16,727 nucleotides of DNA from Myxococcota bacterium (lineage in GTDB: Bacteria; Myxococcota; JACRCW01): contig JBFMGU010000231.1 in the NCBI GenBank assembly GCA_040752415.1, positions 1-16,727 on the forward strand, given 5' to 3'. Each line of letters opens with the position of its first letter. Position 1 is the stretch's first letter. Made by a program: the position numbers and the translations under genes. Below the pieces are notes generated by a model. The model saw only the letters and a program-made list of their open reading frames with translations, ran no database searches and was not told the DNA's origin. Shown piece after piece: positions 1 through 7,467 of the stretch.

Positions 1-107
1 GCTTATCTCCGTGCCAACCCCCACTGTCTCTTAGCCCCCCAGCCAGGCATTGTGGCCACGCCGCCTGGCTGGTTTGTTCTTGGGGCCGGGGGGGCGTGGG
101 AGCGCAG

Positions 108-123
108 AGCACGCGCAATGCCA
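108..123 (-). promoter_or_regulatory. sigma54 (-24/-12) promoter for a transcript leaving the left edge
   Basis: Minus strand reads TGGCATTGCGCGTGCT with exact GG-N10-GC spacing. Predicted +1 is near 97. Tandem palindromic sites lie upstream at 167-203. Confidence 0.65.
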
Positions 124-166
124 ACCCACTTCTCGACGGAGAACACATACGAACGCGCGCGGGACC

Positions 167-203
167 TGTCTGAATTTCAGTCAGGGTGACCGAATTCACG
201 ACA
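167..203. promoter_or_regulatory. Tandem palindromic enhancer-binding-protein sites (TGWC-N9-GWCA x2)
   Basis: TGTCtgaatttcaGTCA (167-183), ggg, TGACcgaattcacGACA (187-203). The 20-bp period is the same as at 1329-1365. Confidence 0.65.
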
Positions 204-331
204 CTTCTCGGCTCGGGACCCGGCGTGACAGCGGGGGCGCGTGGGGGGGCGCCGCATGCCGCCTTGCCTTCCGCCGCGCGCGTCGCCCCTCGACATTCGG
301 TTCCGCCTCGACGTCGGACTCGTCGTCACAG

Positions 332-374
332 AAAAAAGAACCGGCCGCACCAGGAACCTTCCCCGGTGCGGCCG
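332..374 (-). terminator. Rho-independent terminator of comEA
   Basis: 10-bp inverted repeat CGGCCGCACC (342-351) / GGTGCGGCCG (365-374), followed on the minus strand by GTTCTTTTTT, just past the comEA stop. Confidence 0.85.
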
Positions 375-397
375 ACCCAACCTGCTTCAGGGTCTCG

Positions 398-778
398 TCA
401 GGTCTTGCGTGAGGTTCCGCGCAGCTTCTGGGTCAGCGTGGTGGGACCACTGACCCGCACGTGCGCCTTGCACTTCCTGAAGATGCCCCGACCAATCCCC
501 TTGACCTCCATCAGCTCCTCGGGGCGCGTGAACTTCTTCTTCTCCCGACGCGCCACGATCGCCTCGGCCTTGCGCATCCCCACGCCGGGCAGGAAGGACA
601 GCTCCTCCGCGCTGGCGGTGTTGATGTTCACCACGCCGCCCTCGTCGGAAGCGGGGGCTTCCACGCGCGGGGTGGTGGTCACGGCGTTGTCGGCGGCCCA
701 CGCCGGGGTGCCCAGCGTGGTGAGGACGGCGCCCAGCACTCCCAGCGCCACGGTCTTGAACAAACATTCCATCGTCAT
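398..778 (-). CDS. comEA: ComEA-family helix-hairpin-helix DNA-binding/uptake protein with signal peptide
   Basis: VNINTASAEELSFLPGVGMRKAEAIVARREKKKFTRPEELMEVKGIG is the classic ComEA HhH domain. The N-terminal hydrophobic segment ends in AWA-A. GGAG precedes ATG 778; the ORF extends to 790. Confidence 0.92.
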   Translation of the reverse strand: MTMECLFKTVALGVLGAVLTTLGTPAWAADNAVTTTPRVEAPASDEGGVVNINTASAEELSFLPGVGMRKAEAIVARREKKKFTRPEELMEVKGIGRGIFRKCKAHVRVSGPTTLTQKLRGTSRKT

Positions 779-842
779 GGGTGACTCCATTGATGTGAAC
801 GTCGGGACGTACCCGACGGAAAAGAGGGGTTGGTGGTGATGC

Positions 843-1136
843 TCAGAACGGCGCGTGGGAGGCGCGCTCGCGACGCTCGCGGTCCTTGTCGTCGTCGCGG
901 ATCTGGAGCGTGCCGCTCACGGGCAGCGCCTCCAGCTTGATGGTGACGGAGCCGTCGCGGTTCTCGAAAGCCACTCCCACCTTGGTCCAGAACGAGCGCG
1001 TCCCGTCTCCGACGTTGCGCTCGCTGATCACGTAGACACTGCGGCGCGGCCGCTCCCCCGCCATGACGGCGGCCTGGCCCATGACCGGCGGAGTGTTCAC
1101 GTAGTTGCTGCTCATGTTGCTTGCGTGCGTGGTCAT
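843..1136 (-). CDS. Small beta-rich hypothetical protein (97 aa), possibly nucleic-acid binding
   Basis: GAGGAAGAACAGAG precedes ATG 1136. GC3-rich codons. Compact core VYVISER...SFWTKVGVAFENRDGSVTIKLEALPVSGTLQIR. Same strand as, and directly upstream of, comEA. Confidence 0.8.
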   Translation of the reverse strand: MTTHASNMSSNYVNTPPVMGQAAVMAGERPRRSVYVISERNVGDGTRSFWTKVGVAFENRDGSVTIKLEALPVSGTLQIRDDDKDRERRERASHAPF

Positions 1137-1247
1137 CTCTGTTCTTCCTCTGGCTGGTGCGTCGCCACCGGCGTGCGCACCTCTCAAGTCCCGCCGCCTC
1201 TTGCGGTGGGAGCGCCGGGCTCATCAGCGCGACGCACGTCTCCCCAC

Positions 1248-1263
1248 ATCAACCCACGTGCCA
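1248..1263 (-). promoter_or_regulatory. sigma54 promoter for the small gene + comEA
   Basis: Minus strand reads TGGCACGTGGGTTGAT: a perfect TGGCACG -24 box and TTGA instead of TTGC at -12, with correct spacing. Predicted +1 is near 1237. Confidence 0.7.
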
Positions 1264-1328
1264 AGCAGCTCCCGCGACGCAAGTCCGCGAAATCACACAC
1301 CGCGGCCTGCTCGGTCGGCGCGCGCCCC

Positions 1329-1921
<593 letters not shown>

Positions 1922-2093
1922 CCTCGGGCCTGACCGGCGCGAGCACCCGCATGTCGCCGCGCGCGGCGGGCTTCCCGGGTGGTTCCCCCCGAACCCGACC
2001 TCCCATGACAACCCAACCCCGCTCCACCCGCGCCCACGCCCCTGCGTTGCGCGAGCGGCCGCGGTGTTGCCCGCGTTTCCGCACGGTGACGGC

Positions 2094-2738
2094 ATGACCG
2101 CGTGGCCGGAGGTGGGGCGAGCGGAGTTGGAGGAGCTGCGCCACAAGTACGAGGTGCTGCTCCGCCTCCACGACGAGCGGGAGGCCGCCGCGGCCGCCGG
2201 ACTGACCGGCTTCTCCGGGGCGGAGCGGGACGCGCGTCGACTCGCCATGAAGCGCCTGGCGGCGCGTTTCCCCGGCGCGCTGCGGGAGCTGGATGCGCTG
2301 GACCGCGCCGCGCTGCTGGACCGACGCCAAGCGCTGCAGGCCGTGCTGGACGCGGCGCCCCCGGAGCTTCCCGGCCTGCTGGCCCAACCCGCCCACACCT
2401 GGATGTCGTGGATGTGGCTCTTCCACGCTCTCACGCGGGAGATGCTGCACGTGAAGCGGAGGCTGGCCCTGCAGGCCCGCGGACTGGTGGAGCGGGGCGC
2501 GGATGGCCGGTGGCCAGAGCCGGCGGTGCTGGGCCCGCAGGGCTACCCGGAGGTGCTGCAGCGGCGCATCCTGGACCCTCCGCGCGGGCACCTCACCCAC
2601 CTCGTCTATGAACTCTTGTCCACGCGACTGGGCTGTCCTGCCCCCACCCTCCAGGAGGCCATCTTCGGCCCACCCAAGGTTCCCGCCGGTGACGCCGCCG
2701 AAAACCAACCGGGGCATACAAACCCTGATAGGGCGTGA
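2094..2738 (+). CDS. Hypothetical helical protein (~214 aa)
   Basis: GC3-biased codons from ATG 2094 and amphipathic helical sequence (LRHKYEVLLRLH, RFPGALRELDAL). No family recognised; start uncertain. Confidence 0.65.
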   Translation: MTAWPEVGRAELEELRHKYEVLLRLHDEREAAAAAGLTGFSGAERDARRLAMKRLAARFPGALRELDALDRAALLDRRQALQAVLDAAPPELPGLLAQPAHTWMSWMWLFHALTREMLHVKRRLALQARGLVERGADGRWPEPAVLGPQGYPEVLQRRILDPPRGHLTHLVYELLSTRLGCPAPTLQEAIFGPPKVPAGDAAENQPGHTNPDRA

Positions 2739-2905
2739 GGCACCACGTATTGCAAGACGCTGTACTTGCTGAGTTCCAATCGTTTGAGCGCTCGCAAACC
2801 CGGGCACAGAAACCCGAACCGCAGGTGCGTGAAGGTAGCCGCCACGGAGACCAAGATGCCGAAAACACGACAGAATGCGGCGCGGGCAAACCGGTCGCCG
2901 GAGCC

Positions 2906-2921
2906 TGGCACGTCGCCTGCT
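2906..2921 (+). promoter_or_regulatory. sigma54 promoter of the putative sRNA
   Basis: TGGCACGTCGCCTGCT, near-consensus -24/-12. Predicted +1 (A2932) coincides with the first base of hairpin 1. Confidence 0.85.
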
Positions 2922-2931
2922 ATCACCCTGG

Positions 2932-3080
2932 ATGCACGGTGCGGCAGGGCGTCAGGACTCCCCCCCCCGGTCCGACGTCCAGTCCGCCGTGCGTTTATCT
3001 CTTGGCAGGTTTCCGGAGGGCAGCTGCGCGGTACCGGTGATCCCCCCCCACCAACCACCGCGGCTGCCCTCCGTTTTTTT
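2932..3080 (+). ncRNA. Putative sigma54-dependent small RNA with two poly-C-loop hairpins (Pxr-like architecture)
   Basis: Hairpin 1 spans 2932-2994 (loop UCCCCCCCCCG). Hairpin 2 spans 3014-3073 (loop AUCCCCCCC). T7 follows. The unit is bounded by a promoter and a terminator. Confidence 0.75.
3014..3080 (+). terminator. Rho-independent terminator (3' hairpin of the putative sRNA)
   Basis: Perfect 11-bp basal stem CGGAGGGCAGC / GCTGCCCTCCG immediately followed by TTTTTTT (3074-3080). Confidence 0.8.
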
Positions 3081-3086
3081 CCCCTT

Positions 3087-3404
3087 CTGATCGCCCTGCT
3101 GGTGACCACGCCGCTCGCGTGTCGCAGCGCTGCCACGCCCGCGCCGCAGGGAAGCGCGCCCGCACGGTCCACGCGCGCCGCCGCGGAGGAGCACCAGCTG
3201 GGCTCACCCCATGCGGTGTGGCTGGACTGCTCGGAGGACGCGCACTGTGCCTCGCGTGCCGGGACGGTGTGTCACGTGGCGGTGATGGGCGGGACCTGCG
3301 CGCCGCCGTGTGACAGCGACGCGCGCTGCAGCAACTTTGGCCTGGCGTGCGTGCAGGGTCGCTGCGGCAGCGCCACGACGACGGACGGCGGCGCCCCGCG
3401 CTGA
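3087..3404 (+). CDS. Cys-rich lipoprotein-like protein; start codon unclear (possibly 5'-truncated)
   Basis: LLIALLVTTPLAC resembles a lipobox. The 8-Cys domain (CSEDAHC...C...CAPPCDSDARC...CVQGRC) is typical of myxobacterial secreted proteins. Codons are GC3-rich. There is no in-frame ATG/GTG between the promoter and the hydrophobic stretch; the start given is an in-frame CTG. Confidence 0.55.
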   Translation: MIALLVTTPLACRSAATPAPQGSAPARSTRAAAEEHQLGSPHAVWLDCSEDAHCASRAGTVCHVAVMGGTCAPPCDSDARCSNFGLACVQGRCGSATTTDGGAPR

Positions 3405-3406
3405 CC

Positions 3407-4039
3407 TCACATCCCCTTGAGGAGCTCCCTGGCGGAGGCCAGCGCGTCGCCGGCGGCGTTGCCCATGGCCACCACCGCCTCCAGCTGCTTCTTGCACTCG
3501 CTGCGGCTGCCGCCCTCCTTGTGGGCCACGGCCAGCATGACGCGCCACTGCGCCAGCTCCTCGCTTCCCGCGGGCGCCTGCTTCACCATCGCGTCCAGCG
3601 CGGCAATGCGCTCCTTGTCGGCCTTCTCGATCTCGCTGGGCTTGGCACCGCTGTCGCGCAGGACCTGGCAGAGCATGCACAGCGCGGTGGTGGTGGCGGG
3701 CGTGGGCGCGCCGGAGCCAATCACCTTGCGCAGCTCAAACACCGCCTGCGGGTACTTCTGCTTGGCGTGCAGGGTCAGCGCGTAGCTGGTGCGCGCCACC
3801 GGGCTCCACGTGGGGTCCTTCTTCTCGGCGGCGCGCTTGAAGAGGTCACTGGCCGCGGCCAGGTCACGCTTGCGCCACAAGGTGGACAACCCCAGCCGGT
3901 AGAGGGCCTCCGTCACGGCGGGCGCGGCGGCGGGATCCCCCTCCAGCTCCTCCACCAGCCTGCGACGCGCCTCATCCACCGCGTCCGCGTTCCCCTCCGC
4001 CTTCTCCACGTCCTTCAGCCGGTCCTGCAGTGCGCTCAT
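3407..4039 (-). CDS. TPR-like helical repeat protein
   Basis: EALYRLGL...AASDLFKRA and YALTLHAKQKYPQAVFELRKV resemble TPR helices. ATGA overlap with the upstream stop at 4036-4039. Confidence 0.75.
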   Translation of the reverse strand: MSALQDRLKDVEKAEGNADAVDEARRRLVEELEGDPAAAPAVTEALYRLGLSTLWRKRDLAAASDLFKRAAEKKDPTWSPVARTSYALTLHAKQKYPQAVFELRKVIGSGAPTPATTTALCMLCQVLRDSGAKPSEIEKADKERIAALDAMVKQAPAGSEELAQWRVMLAVAHKEGGSRSECKKQLEAVVAMGNAAGDALASARELLKGM

Positions 4040-5076
4040 GGGCCTCTCCCCACACCGCTGCCCCAACGTCGGTAGTGCTGACTGAGCAGGTGCATGGCAG
4101 GCGTACCCTCCAGCGAGTAGGCGTCGCGGTCAAATGGGTTGAAGGAGGACGTGTACCACTTCCACGCGAACATCCCGCGCAGGCTCCCCAGCCCCGGGGC
4201 CACCTCCAGCAGGGCCTGCCAGGCGCGTACCGCCTCGTCCACGTCGGCACGGGCGCCATCCGGCAGCTCCCAGGGACGCGCCGCCCCTCCGTGCAGCGCG
4301 GGATAGCCCACCTCCGTCAGGAGCAGCGGCCGGCCCGCGCGCGTGGCCAGCGCATCCACTGGGCGCAGCGCGGACAGCAGGCGTTCCTTCATGCGCGTGA
4401 CGTCGGCACCGGGGCCGTCGGCGGCGGGGAAGTAGGCGTCCACGCCCACCGCGTCCAGCGCGTCCCAGAAGCTCACCGCGTGCACCTCGTCCCAGTTGGA
4501 CGCGTAGGTGACCGGTCCGCGGTAGACCCGGCGCACCTCCTCGACGAGCGCGCGCCACCGCGCCGGCTGCGCCAGGGTGGCCTCCTTGAGCTCCACGCCC
4601 ACGCAGAACAGGTCCACGCCCGCGCGCTGCGCCTGCTCGGCCAGGGGCACCACCAGGTCGCGGTAGGCGCGGAAGAAGCGCGCCCAGTCCGCCTCGCTGC
4701 GCATCTTCACCGCGCCCGGCCAGCTGCCGTGGATCCAGAGGTGCGGCTTGAGCATCACCCGCAGCCCCGCCGCGTGCGCGTGCGCCACCTCCTGGAGCCA
4801 GTCCTCGTCGCGGAGCGTGGGGTCGCGGCCGCGTCGCACCTCCGGGCTGTCCGACGCGGGCAGGTAGAAGAACGGCATCACGCTGACCCAGTTGGCGCCC
4901 TGCGCGCGCAGCTGCTCCAACTGCTCACGGGCGCGCTGCGAGCCGTAGCCGAACCCCGGCACGTGCAGGTGCGCCACGCTCACGCCGAGCAGCGGGCCCG
5001 GTGGCAACGCAATGGGCGTGACCGGCGTGCTCGACGCCAGCACCACCAGCGCCCACGCCAGCCGCCCGGTGATCAT
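4036..5076 (-). CDS. Secreted glycoside hydrolase, GH113 / TIM-barrel type
   Basis: Motifs MLKPHL, GVEL (acid/base Glu), TYASNWD, GVDAYFP and TEVGY (nucleophile Glu). N-terminal hydrophobic signal. Confidence 0.85.
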   Translation of the reverse strand: MITGRLAWALVVLASSTPVTPIALPPGPLLGVSVAHLHVPGFGYGSQRAREQLEQLRAQGANWVSVMPFFYLPASDSPEVRRGRDPTLRDEDWLQEVAHAHAAGLRVMLKPHLWIHGSWPGAVKMRSEADWARFFRAYRDLVVPLAEQAQRAGVDLFCVGVELKEATLAQPARWRALVEEVRRVYRGPVTYASNWDEVHAVSFWDALDAVGVDAYFPAADGPGADVTRMKERLLSALRPVDALATRAGRPLLLTEVGYPALHGGAARPWELPDGARADVDEAVRAWQALLEVAPGLGSLRGMFAWKWYTSSFNPFDRDAYSLEGTPAMHLLSQHYRRWGSGVGRGP

Positions 5077-5504
5077 GATGCGCCGGAGGCCTTCTTGGAC
5101 TCGGTGACGCCCATGGCCTGCGGCACCAGCTTCAGGAGCACGCGGATGAGCTCCATGTTGCGCAGCGGCTTGAGGAGGTACGCGCTGGCGCCCAACGCCA
5201 GGCCGCGCTCCCGGTCCTTCTCCTGGCCCAGCGTGGTGAGGAGCACAATGGGCCTCTCCCGGTACGCCTCGGTGCGACGCAGCCCGTCCAGCACCGTCAA
5301 CCCGGTCATGTGCGGCATGTTGATGTCCAGGAACACCAGGTCAAACCGCTTGCCCTGGGCCAGCTTCATGGCGGTGGCGCCGTCGGGGGCCTCCGTGAAG
5401 TCCGCGCGCAGCACGCGGCTGATCATCACCTTGAGCAGCATGCGCATGACGGGCGCGTCGTCGGCAATGAGGATGCTCAGCGATGGCGCGCCCTTGGTGA
5501 CCAT
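5073..5504 (-). CDS. Single-domain response regulator (CheY-like receiver)
   Basis: ILIADD, FLDINMP (phospho-Asp), LLTT and YLLKP are all intact. Confidence 0.93.
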   Translation of the reverse strand: MVTKGAPSLSILIADDAPVMRMLLKVMISRVLRADFTEAPDGATAMKLAQGKRFDLVFLDINMPHMTGLTVLDGLRRTEAYRERPIVLLTTLGQEKDRERGLALGASAYLLKPLRNMELIRVLLKLVPQAMGVTESKKASGAS

Positions 5505-7397
5505 TCAGCCCTTGCCCCCCGCCAACCGCTCGGCCTTGGCCCGGTCCTCGTCGCCACGCGGCAGGCGACACGCCGCATCCCGGGCCAGCCGCACCTGGGC
5601 TGCCTTGTCGCCGCGGGCGCGCGCCGCCTCCGCTTCACCCAGCAGCGTGCGTCCCTTGGCGGCCAGTCGGGAGAGTTTGTCCACCACCTTGGCGTCGCCC
5701 CCCTTCTCGCTGTCGGCGCGCTCAAAGAACGTCCGGGCCTCGCATTCCTTCCCGGCGCCCAACGCCTCAATGCCCGCCAGGTAGTACGCGTCGGCCAACG
5801 CGCGGGCAATGTCCTGCCCCAGCGGCGTGGTCCGACCACCCGCGAGCGCTTCCTCCAGCTCCCGCGCGTCCTTCAACGGGCCCACCGCCTTGGCGCTCTT
5901 CTGCTTGAGCAGCGCGCGCCCCTGCGACCACTTCTGCTGCAGCTCCTCGAGCTGGCCCGCCATGCGTCGCGCCTGGGCGGCATCCGAACCACCGGTAGCG
6001 TCCTGCGCGGTGGCCAGCGCGGCGGTGAGGTCGCCTGCTTCCAGGTGCGACATCGCCTTCTGACGGGTGGCCTGCCAGGTGGCGCTGCCCAGGGCCTCCC
6101 GCGCGCTGGCGGTGCGTACCGCGGTGGCGCGCATGCCCGCGGCCTCCTGGTCCTTGGGATAGGTGCGCAGGTGCAGCTCCGCGCGCTCGGCCGCCTCGCG
6201 GAACCTCCCCGCCTCCATCAGCTCGCGGATGGCCGCCAGGCCGCTGAGGCGCCCGTCGTCGTCGACCTGGAAGAGCAGCTTGTCGCGGTCCGCGGCGTAG
6301 ACGCTGGTGTCCGGGATGAGCCGCAGCGCGCCGCGCGCCACGTCGAACTGGCGGCCGGCCACGCCCATGCGCGCCACGTTGAGGTTCTTCTCCGCGGTGG
6401 CCTCCTCGCGGCCCTCGCGCTCCAGCTTGGCGCCGTCGTCGCGCTCGGGCGCCAGCGTGCTGAGCGTGGTGCCGGTGTCCTGCAACTGCTGCCACTTGCG
6501 CGACTGCCGCATGGCCGGCACCTGCGCGAGCAACTGCTGGTAGCTGCCGTTGGGATCATCCAGGGTCGCCTGCCGCGCCGCCACCGTGTACGCGCGGTAG
6601 CCGTAGATGCTGCCGGCCACCAGGAGCACCCCGGCCACGACGGCGATCCCGATGCTCCGCCGGGTGAGCTTGGGATTGTCCGCCACCTTGCGGAACACCT
6701 GCTTGGTGCGCTCCAGGATGGGCGGCGGGGGTGGGGGAGGCGCCGGCGCGGCCACCGGCTCGGGCTCGGGAGGCTTGGGGACCTCGCGCGGCCTGGGCTC
6801 CGCGCCCTCCAGCCGCACGAAGCGGATGGTCGACTCGCCCGCTTCAATGACGTCGCCGTCGGCGAGCTCACGGTCGCTGCCCGCGGCCTCCTCGCCGTTC
6901 AACAGCGGAGCGGGGTCGGTGACGATGGGATGGAAGAAGAACGTGCCGCTCCCGGCGTCGTAGCGGATCTCGAAGTGCGCGCGACTGATGGCGGGGTCGG
7001 TGAGCTTGATGTGCGCGTCGTTGGAGCGGCCCACCACCATGACGTCGTGGACCAGGTCAAAGCTCTTGCCAACGTCCTTGCCCTCCAGGCAGATGAGCCG
7101 CCCCGCGCGGAGCTCAGGCCCCAGCTGCAGCGCACGCACGGCGGTGGGCTCGGCGGGACGTTCCCGGAGCAGGTCGCGCGCGGCCACGCCCACGCTGGTC
7201 ACGTTGGTGACGCCCGTGCCGCGACGATTGGGCGCGCGCTCCGGCGCCACGTCGGGATCGGGCAAGCCGCCGGATTCGTCGTCGGGGGGAAGGGAGAGTC
7301 CGGGCGTGGTGGCCTCGCGCGGGCCCTCATCCTCGCCGCCCATGCGCTCACGACGTCGATCCGCGGCCCTGCGGCCCTTGGTGTTGGTCTCACCCAT
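5505..7397 (-). CDS. FHA-domain membrane protein with C-terminal TPR-like region
   Basis: FHA: VVGRS...DPAISRAH...LNG...LADGDVIEAG. A Pro-rich linker, one TM helix (IGIAVVAGVLLVAGSIYGY) and Ala-rich helical repeats follow. Alternative start at 7343. Confidence 0.85.
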   Translation of the reverse strand: MGETNTKGRRAADRRRERMGGEDEGPREATTPGLSLPPDDESGGLPDPDVAPERAPNRRGTGVTNVTSVGVAARDLLRERPAEPTAVRALQLGPELRAGRLICLEGKDVGKSFDLVHDVMVVGRSNDAHIKLTDPAISRAHFEIRYDAGSGTFFFHPIVTDPAPLLNGEEAAGSDRELADGDVIEAGESTIRFVRLEGAEPRPREVPKPPEPEPVAAPAPPPPPPPILERTKQVFRKVADNPKLTRRSIGIAVVAGVLLVAGSIYGYRAYTVAARQATLDDPNGSYQQLLAQVPAMRQSRKWQQLQDTGTTLSTLAPERDDGAKLEREGREEATAEKNLNVARMGVAGRQFDVARGALRLIPDTSVYAADRDKLLFQVDDDGRLSGLAAIRELMEAGRFREAAERAELHLRTYPKDQEAAGMRATAVRTASAREALGSATWQATRQKAMSHLEAGDLTAALATAQDATGGSDAAQARRMAGQLEELQQKWSQGRALLKQKSAKAVGPLKDARELEEALAGGRTTPLGQDIARALADAYYLAGIEALGAGKECEARTFFERADSEKGGDAKVVDKLSRLAAKGRTLLGEAEAARARGDKAAQVRLARDAACRLPRGDEDRAKAERLAGGKG

Positions 7398-7467
7398 GCG
7401 CGAAGCAGCGTAGGCCCCCGGGCGCGGCGGGAAAAGCGCCTTCGCGCCACCTCGGGCTCAAGCCACC

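Noticed and set aside
1..16. TGGCACG on the minus strand as another sigma54 promoter
   Set aside because: GC falls at GG-N11 rather than the obligatory GG-N10.
1219..1226. CUGAUGAG (minus strand) resembling a hammerhead ribozyme core
   Set aside because: No GAAA after the following stem and no matching cleavage-site arrangement.
2766..3086. N-terminal extension of ORF 2766-3404
   Set aside because: It runs through a sigma54 promoter, two hairpins and a terminator, and the translation is low-complexity and not protein-like.
2932..3090. Leaderless 52-aa ORF (MHGAAGRQ...VFFPF) starting at the predicted +1 of the sRNA
   Set aside because: Its stop lies beyond the T7 terminator, its codons lack clear GC3 bias, and the sequence is better explained by RNA stems. 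A dual function is not fully excluded.
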